Below are positions 50,142 to 57,793 of a stretch of DNA of 57,793 nucleotides, piece by piece. The DNA comes from Bacteroidota bacterium (GTDB lineage: Bacteria; Bacteroidota; Ignavibacteria; SZUA-365): contig JAEYUG010000041.1 of the NCBI GenBank assembly GCA_023432805.1, positions 1 to 57,793 on the forward strand. Reading direction: 5' to 3'. The translations under genes and the position numbers were made by a program. Each line of letters opens with the position of its first letter. Position 1 is the first letter of the stretch. The notes beneath the pieces were generated by a model that saw only the letters and a list, made by a program, of their open reading frames with translations, was not told the DNA's origin and made no database searches.

Positions 50142-51419
50142 TTACTTGGCGGCCTGTGCCTTCAGCCACGAAGTCGTTACGGACTTGGGACGCGTGATCG
50201 GCAGACCCATTGCGCGAGCCACGACGGACTGCGATGCAATGCCGAGTGCGCGACTGACGCTGAACAGCACGGTGTAGTAGTCGAATTCCTTCAGCCCATA
50301 GTGGTAGAGCAACGCACCCGAGCCGGCGTCGACGTTCGGCCAGGGATCTTTGATCTTCTGCACCTGGCGCAGCACGTTTGGCACGACGTCAAAGACATTC
50401 GAGACAATCTGGAAGACCGGATCGGCCGCGCAGTATTGCTTGCCAAATGCAAGGAATGCATCGAACCTGGGATCTGTGATGCGAAGCACAGCGTGACCGT
50501 ACCCGGGAACGACCTTACCGGATTCGAGTGTGTCCCATGCAAACTTCTCCAGCTGCTCATTGGTCGGGACGCCGCCGAACAGCTCATGCGTCTCGAGCAC
50601 CCACTTGAGGCATTCCTGGTTGGCAAGACCGTGGAGCGGTCCTGCAAGTCCATTCAATCCAGCGGACAGCGAGTAGTAGAGATCGGAAAGCGCAGAGTTG
50701 ACCGTCGCTGCCGAAAAGGCACTGACATTGCCGCCTTCATGATCACTGTGCAGAACCAGATACAGCCGCATCAGCTTTGTGAATTCGCCGTCGGGATCGC
50801 CGAGTCCGAGCATGCGAACGTAATCCTGCGACCAGTCGCAAGTGGGATCGGAGGGAATCCGATCTCCATATCCGAAACGCTTCCGATAGATGCCCGCGGC
50901 AATCGTCGGAAGTTTCGCGACAATGGAGAGTGCGTCCTCGAGCGTCGCATCCCAATACTCATCCTTCTTCATGCCTTCATTGTACCGGCGGGCAAACACG
51001 CTCTCGCGCTGCATGATGAGGACTGCGGTGTTGAACATCGCCATCGGATGCGAATCGGCCGGCATGGCATCGAGCACCGACCACACGTAGTCGGGAACGG
51101 CTGCGCGATCGTGGAGGATCTGCTGAAGCTCGGCAAGCTCGGCTGCCGTGGGGAGGTCACCGCTGAGCAGCAGGAAGAAGATCTCCTCCGGCAGCTTTTC
51201 GGTCAGTTCCTTCAATTCGATGCCACGAATGATCAAACCCTTGTCAGGGGGCACTTCCGACGTATCACACACGAGACCCTTGACGCCGCGCATGCCACCA
51301 TAAACCTGGCCGATGTTCACATCGGAGACGACCTTGTCTCCATGTTCTTTGATGAGTGTGCGGATCTCGTCCCGCAGCGGAGCGTAGACGCTCGCGAGCT
51401 TGTCCTTGAGTAATGACAT
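50142..51419 (-). CDS. gltA: Citrate synthase (type I-like, ~426 aa)
   Basis: In-frame Met at 51419 (MSLLKDKLASVY...). Signature ...LYLVLHSDHEGGNVSAFSAAT..., ...GPLHGLANQE..., ...GYGHAVLRITDPRF.... Confidence 0.9.
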   Translation of the reverse strand: MSLLKDKLASVYAPLRDEIRTLIKEHGDKVVSDVNIGQVYGGMRGVKGLVCDTSEVPPDKGLIIRGIELKELTEKLPEEIFFLLLSGDLPTAAELAELQQILHDRAAVPDYVWSVLDAMPADSHPMAMFNTAVLIMQRESVFARRYNEGMKKDEYWDATLEDALSIVAKLPTIAAGIYRKRFGYGDRIPSDPTCDWSQDYVRMLGLGDPDGEFTKLMRLYLVLHSDHEGGNVSAFSAATVNSALSDLYYSLSAGLNGLAGPLHGLANQECLKWVLETHELFGGVPTNEQLEKFAWDTLESGKVVPGYGHAVLRITDPRFDAFLAFGKQYCAADPVFQIVSNVFDVVPNVLRQVQKIKDPWPNVDAGSGALLYHYGLKEFDYYTVLFSVSRALGIASQSVVARAMGLPITRPKSVTTSWLKAQAAK

Positions 51420-51748
51420 AGGTTCAACCTTCTGAAAGGGTGAAAGATGGAGGGAGGATGTAGGGGATATATCAGGACAACGGAGCAAGGTACGCATGGA
51501 GGAACCACAAAATCAATCTCCCTTGTCTTAATATCCGGCATATCGCAAATGGTGGAGGAGGACATCCGATATCTCCTGAAGCATGTGCAGGCAATCACGC
51601 CGCCGTAATCACGCCGCCGGCCGTGCGGCACAGGCGTGCGGATATGAAAGCTCGGAAACGTTGGCTATATTTCACCGGTATACACACGGCTGTGAGGGCC
51701 GATCGATCACGCGGGCGCTCATCGGAGTTTCGCCCATATCCCCTTGGC

Positions 51749-52150
51749 ATGCATATGTACGGAGATGCGGAAGAACCTGTCCGAGTTGCGGCAGGCGTCC
51801 TGAAACACGACGGCCATATCCTGATCTGTCAGCGAGGTATCAACCGTCGCTATGGATTGAAATGGGAATTCCCCGGTGGCAAGACGTTTCCCGGTGAAAC
51901 CCTCGGAGAGTGCCTCGAACGGGAGATCTGGGAAGAGCTCGACATCGAACCGACCGAGTATCACGAGATCAAAACCCTCGAACACCAGTATACCGATGGG
52001 GGACATTTTCTCGTGACGTTTTTCCTCATTACCGCATATTCCGGTACCATCCGCAACAAGGTGTTTGAGAACGTCCGTTGGGTCGCCGGCGACGAGATCG
52101 CCACGATGGACCTGCTCGACGGTACGCGCCCCATTCTCCAGTTCTTGTGA
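51749..52150 (+). CDS. NUDIX hydrolase, MutT-like (8-oxo-dGTP diphosphatase-type)
   Basis: The core begins at the in-frame Met at ~51749; upstream residues in the ORF look like non-coding read-through. NUDIX box GGKTFPGETLGECLEREIWEELDI (Gx5Ex7REIxEEL). The architecture parallels E. coli MutT (...LEFPGGKIEMGETPEQAVVRELQEEVGI...). Confidence 0.65.
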   Translation: MHMYGDAEEPVRVAAGVLKHDGHILICQRGINRRYGLKWEFPGGKTFPGETLGECLEREIWEELDIEPTEYHEIKTLEHQYTDGGHFLVTFFLITAYSGTIRNKVFENVRWVAGDEIATMDLLDGTRPILQFL

Positions 52151-52203
52151 GCCACACCCCGCTCTCCCCTTCTTCACTCATTGCTCACGAACGCATCACC
52201 CGC

Positions 52204-53112
52204 ATGCATCGCCACGTGCTGCGCTGGTACCGCATGCATGGGAGACACCTGCCCTGGCGTGACAACAACAACGCGTATCACGTTCTCGTCAGTGAATTCA
52301 TGCTGCAGCAGACACAGGTCTCGCGTGTGATCGACGCCTTCCATGCTTGGTGCACACGATTCCCCGCTCCCGCGGATCTCGCCCGTGCATCACGACGCGA
52401 GGTGCTGCTGGCATGGCAGGGACTCGGATACAACCGCCGCGCGATGCACCTCCATGAAACGGCGAAACGTCTCGTCTCCCAGCACGACGGTCGCATTCCA
52501 TGTGAAATCGATGTCCTGCAGAGATTGCCCGGCATCGGTTCGTATACGGCCCGTGCAATTGCGTGTTTTGGATTGAGGATACGCACTGCCGTCGTCGATG
52601 TGAATGTGCAGCGCATCTTTGTGCGCATCCTTGGCATCGAGGGGAAGCCGTCTGCAGGGGAACTGCAGTCGATCGCTGATCACCTGCTTCCACCTCGCGC
52701 GTGGTACAATTGGAATCAGGCATTGATGGATCTCGGTGCACTGGTGTGCACAGCCGTTGCACCGCGTTGTGTATCATGCCCCGTCCGACACGAGTGTGCA
52801 ACCGCGGGAACACATGTACGGGGACGTTCCTCCGAAACAACAGCGGGAGTCGTGCGGGAACCCCCTCGACGGTATTTTCGTGGTCGCATCATCGAGCTGT
52901 TGCGCGGCGCGACAGGACATCAGTTGACACTGGCAACGATCGGACACTCAATGAAACCCGACTATTCGAAGGCGGATCAGCCGTGGCTGCTCGATATTGT
53001 TGCGTCATTGTGCAAGGATGGAATGATCACGCAACGCATCGTTCCACCGATTGCACAACGCAGGAGTCGGAACCATGATGAACCATGCATCGTGATCGAG
53101 TTGGCCGAATGA
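52204..53112 (+). CDS. mutY: A/G-specific adenine DNA glycosylase (MutY family, HhH-GPD plus 4Fe-4S) with a short non-canonical C-terminal region
   Basis: Start at the in-frame Met (MHRHVLRWYRMHGRHLPWR...). ...AYHVLVSEFMLQQTQV..., HhH LPGIGSYTARAI, ...VVDVNVQRIF..., and an FeS cluster loop C-x6-C-x2-C-x5-C (CTAVAPRCVSCPVRHEC). Only ~100 aa follow the cluster, against ~140 in E. coli MutY. Confidence 0.8.
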   Translation: MHRHVLRWYRMHGRHLPWRDNNNAYHVLVSEFMLQQTQVSRVIDAFHAWCTRFPAPADLARASRREVLLAWQGLGYNRRAMHLHETAKRLVSQHDGRIPCEIDVLQRLPGIGSYTARAIACFGLRIRTAVVDVNVQRIFVRILGIEGKPSAGELQSIADHLLPPRAWYNWNQALMDLGALVCTAVAPRCVSCPVRHECATAGTHVRGRSSETTAGVVREPPRRYFRGRIIELLRGATGHQLTLATIGHSMKPDYSKADQPWLLDIVASLCKDGMITQRIVPPIAQRRSRNHDEPCIVIELAE

Positions 53113-53759
53113 ACGGGTCCGTCACATCTGAGGCCGATCTGCTGCGCTCGCAATTGCACGATGAATTTCAAAGACACCGACACGAAATATCCGCGCGTCT
53201 CGATGTGTTCCGCCATATCCCTCGGGATCGATATTTTTACGAACTCTGTTTTTGTCTGATGACACCGCAGTCTTCGGCAGCGCAATGCGATCGTGTCGCT
53301 CGAGAACTGGAACGTCTCGGATTTCGCGACGATCCGTTCGATCCGGCTCCACTCCTGCGCTCGTTCGAGGGCGGATACGTCCGTTTTCACAACACGAAGG
53401 CGCGTCGGCTGCTGCGTGCACGTGAGGACTTCCCGGCAATCGATGCGATGCTCGACGCAGACGCTTCCGATCGCGATGTGCGCAATGCACTTTCCGATCG
53501 CGTGCACGGACTCGGCATGAAGGAAGCCAGCCATTTCCTTCGGAACATTGGCCGGACGCATGTGACGATCATCGATCGACACATCCTCCGCAATCTTGTC
53601 AGACTCGGTGTCATCGACCATGCAGCGCATCCTGCTTCGAAAAGGCAGTATCTTGAAATCGAAGCATTGTTCGATGAAGTCGCACGCGACATGAACATCC
53701 CGGTCGATGCGTTCGACCTCCTTCTCTGGCGCCGGGAAACCGGCTTCATTCTCAGATAG
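53109..53759 (+). CDS. ogg: 8-oxoguanine DNA glycosylase / N-glycosylase-DNA lyase, archaeal-type Ogg2 family
   Basis: HhH-GPD segment ...VHGLGMKEASHFLRNIGRTHVTIIDRHILRNL... has the Ogg2 catalytic Lys (GMKEAS) and Asp (IIDRH) spacing. About 216 aa. The start is 53085 or 53109 and overlaps the mutY 3' end. Confidence 0.65.
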   Translation: MNGSVTSEADLLRSQLHDEFQRHRHEISARLDVFRHIPRDRYFYELCFCLMTPQSSAAQCDRVARELERLGFRDDPFDPAPLLRSFEGGYVRFHNTKARRLLRAREDFPAIDAMLDADASDRDVRNALSDRVHGLGMKEASHFLRNIGRTHVTIIDRHILRNLVRLGVIDHAAHPASKRQYLEIEALFDEVARDMNIPVDAFDLLLWRRETGFILR

Positions 53760-53777
53760 CAACCTCAGGATTGACAC

Positions 53778-54941
53778 ATGCAGAATTTCACGTATTACAA
53801 TCCGACGCGGATTCTTTTCGGCCGTGATATGATTGGGCGGCTGGGTGCGGAGGCTGCCCAGTTCGGGAAACGGGCGCTCGTCGTCACTGGCACGGGAAGC
53901 GTCCGTGCATCCGGTGTCCTTGACAAGGCGCTCGCATCACTGGAAGCAGCAGGCATCGCCTGCACGCATGTCAGCGGCGTCATCTCGAATCCGGTTCTCT
54001 CGAAGGTTCGTGAGGGAATCAACGCGGCGAAGGCATCCGGCGCCGACATGATCATCGCCATCGGAGGAGGAAGCGTGCTGGATTCTTCCAAGGCCATCGC
54101 TGCAGGGGCGTGTGTGGAGCATGATGTATGGGATTTTTTCACGCGTGCGCAGAAGATTGAATCTGCACTCCCGTTGTTGACCGTGCTGACATTGGCTGCG
54201 ACTGGTTCGGAGATGAACGGCGGCGCGGTCGTGACGAACGAGCAGACGCTCGAAAAATTCAATGCCTCGAGTACGCACACATATCCACGCGTGTCCATCC
54301 TCGATCCGGAAACCACGTATACGGTTTCTCCTGCATACTCGGCCTATGGTGCTGTCGATGCGGTTGCCCACCTGCTCGAACCCTACTTCAACAACGCGAA
54401 TCCCAACGATCTCATCCAACGGGAGATCACAGAGGGACTGATTCGCGCCATTCGCACGGCGATCACCGATGTAATGCGTGATCCACGGCACTATGAGGGC
54501 AGGGCAACGCTGATGTGGGGTTCCACACTCGCGCTCAACGGACTCACGCAGGCAGGCCAGGGGCCTTCCCCCTTCCCCGTGCACATGATCGAGCATTCGC
54601 TTTCGGCACTGTACGACGTGCCCCACGGTGCCGGGTTGTCAATCGTGTTTCCAGGTTGGCTACGTCACATGCTCGCGGAAAAACAGGAGCGCATCGCACG
54701 TGTTGGTCGCATGGTGTTCGGTGTCACCGAGAACCGGGATGATGCAGCGGCAGCGGCTGCAATCACGGCGCTGTCCGAATGGTACCGTTCGATCGGGTCA
54801 CCGATCAGTCTCACAGAATGGAAGATCCCTGCCTCCGATATTCCGCGCATCGCCGAAAACGCATCCCGCCTGGCCAGGCTCTGGAACATGACACGCTATA
54901 CGGAGGATGAGATCGCGTCTGTCCTGAAACAATGCCTCTGA
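53778..54941 (+). CDS. Iron-containing (group III) alcohol dehydrogenase, YqhD/BdhA-like
   Basis: 387 aa. ...ALVVTGTGSV..., ...IIAIGGGSVLDSSKAIA..., and the metal-binding ...VDAVAHLLEPY... / ...HMIEHSLSALYDVPHGAG... segments. Confidence 0.85.
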   Translation: MQNFTYYNPTRILFGRDMIGRLGAEAAQFGKRALVVTGTGSVRASGVLDKALASLEAAGIACTHVSGVISNPVLSKVREGINAAKASGADMIIAIGGGSVLDSSKAIAAGACVEHDVWDFFTRAQKIESALPLLTVLTLAATGSEMNGGAVVTNEQTLEKFNASSTHTYPRVSILDPETTYTVSPAYSAYGAVDAVAHLLEPYFNNANPNDLIQREITEGLIRAIRTAITDVMRDPRHYEGRATLMWGSTLALNGLTQAGQGPSPFPVHMIEHSLSALYDVPHGAGLSIVFPGWLRHMLAEKQERIARVGRMVFGVTENRDDAAAAAAITALSEWYRSIGSPISLTEWKIPASDIPRIAENASRLARLWNMTRYTEDEIASVLKQCL

Positions 54942-54963
54942 CACGTCGAGCACCGCAGCTGCC

Positions 54964-55833
54964 GTGACCGTCTCGCCAATCATTCCATCCGGCATGAATC
55001 CGGTGCGAGATGAACCCACCGATCCGGTCTTCGAGCTCGATGCAGTAGGCTTCGCCTACGAGCGGGAGCCAGTGTTGATGGATGTGTCCTTTGTTATCCC
55101 GCGGGGATCGTTCTTTGGAATCATCGGTCCAAATGGCAGCGGGAAAACGACAGTGCTCAAACTGCTCAACGGTACGCTCACCCCCGGAACGGGCGCCGTT
55201 CGCTTCGAGGGGAAGTCCGTGGATGCAATGTCACGCATGCAGACAGCCCGCCGTATCGCGCATGTCCCGCAGCAGGAGGGCGCAGTCTTTCCCTTCTCGG
55301 TGAAGGCTTCCGTCATGCTTGGCCGATACCCCTATCGATCCGGACCTGGCTTCGAAACCGTAGAGGACTGGCGACTTGTGGATGAAGCTTTGCATGTGCT
55401 CGAACTTGATCACCTCCGCGATCGATCCGTGACCACGCTCTCCGGTGGAGAGCGGCATCGTGTGATGATTGCGCGCGCGCTCGCACAGGCCACTCCGGTC
55501 ATCCTGCTTGATGAGCCGACTGCACACCTGGATATCTATCATCAGCATGCCGTGTTTGCATTGTTGCATACTCTCTGCAGGAAACGCGGATTGACAATTG
55601 TCTGCGTGACGCATGAGTTGATGCTCTCGTCATCGTATTGCGATCACCTCGTGCTGTTGGGTGCCGGCAGAGTGCATGCGCATGGTGCTGCTTCCGCTGT
55701 GTTGACCGCCGAGAACCTCTCTGCCTGTTTTCATGTACTTGCTGATGTGCGACAAACCGATCAAGGGATCCTTGTCCACATTCCTCCATTCCATCATGTG
55801 AACATGCACGATGGACCTCCTCATCACGTATGA
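54964..55833 (+). CDS. ABC transporter ATP-binding protein, FepC/FecE/HmuV-like (iron-chelate/heme type); orphan with no adjacent permease or binding-protein genes
   Basis: Walker A GPNGSGKTT, signature LSGGERHRV, Walker B ILLDEPTAHLD, H-loop ...CVTHEL.... 289 aa. The start may be the internal Met (MNPVRDE...). Confidence 0.8.
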   Translation: MTVSPIIPSGMNPVRDEPTDPVFELDAVGFAYEREPVLMDVSFVIPRGSFFGIIGPNGSGKTTVLKLLNGTLTPGTGAVRFEGKSVDAMSRMQTARRIAHVPQQEGAVFPFSVKASVMLGRYPYRSGPGFETVEDWRLVDEALHVLELDHLRDRSVTTLSGGERHRVMIARALAQATPVILLDEPTAHLDIYHQHAVFALLHTLCRKRGLTIVCVTHELMLSSSYCDHLVLLGAGRVHAHGAASAVLTAENLSACFHVLADVRQTDQGILVHIPPFHHVNMHDGPPHHV

Positions 55834-55922
55834 GCTGCACTCCCGGGTTTCCCTCCGAGCTGTGAGTTCGGTAAGTTGCAGGCAGTGCAGCACTCCCCTT
55901 TCAACGATGCTTTCAGACTTGT

Positions 55923-56396
55923 ATGAACAACGGAAATCCGGATCTCGTAACCCGACGTGAAACACGCGAGCGTGCTATGCAGATTCTCTATGCGTGGGAA
56001 ATTTCAAAGGAGCCGATCGAGATGCTCGTCGAATCGATCGCGGGGCATGATCTCGGTCAGGAGCCTGAACCTTTTTCGTTCGTGCAGGCTCTTGTGTACA
56101 CAAGTCTCAATCATCGAAGCGAGGCGGATGAACTGATTCGAGAACATGCACGCAATTGGAGTCTGGAAAGAATTGCCGCGCTTGATCTTGTCATCCTCCG
56201 CATCGGCATCGCTGAAATTCTGTATTTCGCTGAGATACCGACGAAGGTGACGATCAATGAGTGGGTGGATATCGCGAAGAGATTCAGTACTGAGAACAGC
56301 GGTCGATTCATCAACGGATTGCTCGATAGTGTCGTGAGGGATCTGACAACCGCTGGTCGCGTGAAGAAGACCGGACGGGGACTCATCGAGCGGTGA
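55923..56396 (+). CDS. nusB: Transcription antitermination factor NusB
   Basis: 157 aa. ...RRETRERAMQILYAWEIS... N-terminus and ...NEWVDIAKRFSTENSGRFINGLLD... C-terminus are NusB family signatures. Confidence 0.85.
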   Translation: MNNGNPDLVTRRETRERAMQILYAWEISKEPIEMLVESIAGHDLGQEPEPFSFVQALVYTSLNHRSEADELIREHARNWSLERIAALDLVILRIGIAEILYFAEIPTKVTINEWVDIAKRFSTENSGRFINGLLDSVVRDLTTAGRVKKTGRGLIER

Positions 56397-57745
56397 GCGA
56401 CCGACCGAGCAACGGATCACCACCAGTCGATTCTGCATCACTCGCCAGAATCCGGAGTGGCTGGTACGCATATGATTGGGCGAATTCTGCGTTTGCAGTT
56501 ACTGTGCTCGCAGCTCTGTTCGGTCCCTATCTGGACATGGTTGTGGTGCCGGACGGTGGTTACAGCCTGCCACTGCCAGGAATGGCGAACCTGTCCGCTA
56601 CGTCGCTCTATGGGTATGCCCTTGGAGGTTCAGCACTGCTCGTCTTTCTCGTTTCCCCGATTCTTGGTGCGATCGCTGACCACGCCCACTACAAGAAGCG
56701 CTTCCTGATCGTATTCTGTGCCACCGGATCCATATCTACCTTTGCAATGGGATGGATCGGTCCCGGCGATGTGGAATTGGCACTCATTCTGTTCGGAATG
56801 GCCAATTTTTCATTTGTGTCCGCAAACGTGTTTTATGATGCCTTTCTTCCACACATCGCAGCACCCGATGAGCAGGATCAGGTCTCCGGGAGGGGGTACG
56901 CTTGGGGATACGCGGGGGGAGGCGTCCTGTTTGTATTGCAGCTACTGCTGATCCAGTTTCATGAGAGTATTGGGATGGAATCAGCGGCACTCGCTGTGCG
57001 TGTGTGCCTTGCCAGTGCCGGTCTCTGGTGGGGTGGGTTCTCTCTGATCACATGTTCGCGATTGGCGGAACCTCGTCGCGAGCATCTCGGTCTCACCATC
57101 ATCGGGCATGTTGCACGCGGGATGCAACGCCTTGCCACGACGATGCACCACGTGCGTTCGATGCCGAACATCATGCTCTTTCTGTTTGCCTTCATGATCT
57201 ACAATGATGGCATTCAAACGACGATTGCAATGGCAACGATCTACGGAAGTGATGAACTCGGATTCGATACACTGACCTTGATGGGATGTCTGTTGATGGT
57301 TCAGTTCGTCGGTATTGTGGGTTCCCGGACGTTCACAACCGTTGCGCATCGGATTGGCACGAAGCCGACTGTGCTGGTAACGCTCGGAATATGGTCGTTG
57401 GTTGTCTTGTATGCATACTTCATGACAGAGCCCTGGGAATTCTGGGTGCTGGGTGCGATCGTCGGACTTGTGCTCGGTGGAAGTCAGGCATTGTCCAGAT
57501 CCCTGTTCTCACAGATCATTCCGGCAGCAGCATCTGCCGAGTTCTTCGGCTTCTTCTCTGTTTTTGAAAAGTTCAGCGCGATCGGTGGTCCGATCATCTT
57601 CGCCGTCATGCGTCAATTGACCGGGAGCGCTCGTCTTGCAATCCTGTCACTGCTCGTTCTCTTTGTCACGGGAATCATCCTTCTTGTGAAGGTAAACATG
57701 GAGCGCGCGCGTCATGAAGGTGCGTCTCTCAAAGCCCACCTGTGA
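56393..57745 (+). CDS. MFS transporter, UMF1/Atg22-like family
   Basis: 450 aa, ~12 TM helices. The N-terminal ...WYAYDWANSAF... motif is typical of the Atg22-like/UMF1 MFS clade. Its start overlaps the nusB stop. Confidence 0.7.
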   Translation: MSDRPSNGSPPVDSASLARIRSGWYAYDWANSAFAVTVLAALFGPYLDMVVVPDGGYSLPLPGMANLSATSLYGYALGGSALLVFLVSPILGAIADHAHYKKRFLIVFCATGSISTFAMGWIGPGDVELALILFGMANFSFVSANVFYDAFLPHIAAPDEQDQVSGRGYAWGYAGGGVLFVLQLLLIQFHESIGMESAALAVRVCLASAGLWWGGFSLITCSRLAEPRREHLGLTIIGHVARGMQRLATTMHHVRSMPNIMLFLFAFMIYNDGIQTTIAMATIYGSDELGFDTLTLMGCLLMVQFVGIVGSRTFTTVAHRIGTKPTVLVTLGIWSLVVLYAYFMTEPWEFWVLGAIVGLVLGGSQALSRSLFSQIIPAAASAEFFGFFSVFEKFSAIGGPIIFAVMRQLTGSARLAILSLLVLFVTGIILLVKVNMERARHEGASLKAHL

Positions 57746-57765
57746 TCCACCTCTCCGCCTCCCAC

Positions 57766-57793
57766 CCTGCCTCCCTGCCTCCCTGCCTCCCTG
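57766..57793. repeat. 8-bp microsatellite (CCCTGCCT)n, at least 3.5 copies, truncated by the window edge
   Basis: cccaccctgcctccctgcctccctgcctccctg begins 20 bp after the MFS stop codon. The copy number beyond the window is unknown. Confidence 0.5.

Noticed and set aside
51623-51748. N-terminal 42-aa extension of the NUDIX ORF (GTG at 51623). Similar extensions exist for mutY (52078..52203) and sixA (7653..7877).
   Set aside because: The extensions are Arg/His-rich with no similarity to the respective families. The conserved domains start at the internal Met codons. Sequencing or annotation verification would be needed to settle exact starts.
51749-53112. The NUDIX gene and mutY as a split (fissioned) MutY whose C-terminal NUDIX-like domain is encoded separately.
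   Set aside because: The gene order is wrong, since the NUDIX gene is upstream of the catalytic domain rather than downstream. The NUDIX protein retains a complete catalytic NUDIX box (REIWEEL), which the MutY C-terminal domain characteristically lacks.

Overview
This is a GC-rich (~64%) chromosomal segment with a dense, mostly non-overlapping gene set on both strands. The many antisense ORFs in the six-frame track are GC artefacts. The gene content points to an FCB-group bacterium with a type IX secretion system (T9SS), and the Rhodothermus/Salinibacter lineage fits best. Four or five large secreted proteins carry Por/T9SS C-terminal sorting domains (CTDs). An ArsB/NhaD-type transporter gene sits between nuoM and nuoN, an arrangement I recall being reported for the Rhodothermus marinus nqo10-14 operon; I have not checked this against a database. 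Housekeeping genes present are malate dehydrogenase, citrate synthase, metK plus ahcY (SAM cycle), pabA/pabB/pabC, nuoJKLMN, ychF, nnr, nusB, an ABC-F ATPase and tRNA-Thr(CGT). An accessory-looking stretch of about 20 kb lies between mdh and ahcY. It holds a BNR-repeat T9SS protein, a DUF2807 protein, a DUF1800/DUF1501 pair, a flotillin/NfeD pair, a 2127-aa T9SS protein built from tandem Ig-like repeats followed by a small outer-membrane beta-barrel, and a long M23 peptidase. The 5' end of the window has a three-gene operon: a SusC/RagA-like TonB-dependent receptor, a 1100-aa T9SS-CTD protein, and a PorV-like outer-membrane barrel. The 3' part has a compact cluster of a MutT-like NUDIX hydrolase, MutY and an Ogg2-type 8-oxoguanine glycosylase. 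No CRISPR array, transposase, integrase or rRNA was seen. Several Rho-independent terminators and three short tandem repeats are visible (inside nfeD, inside pabB, and at the 3' window edge). All functional calls rest on motif recognition in the translated sequences; no database search was possible.
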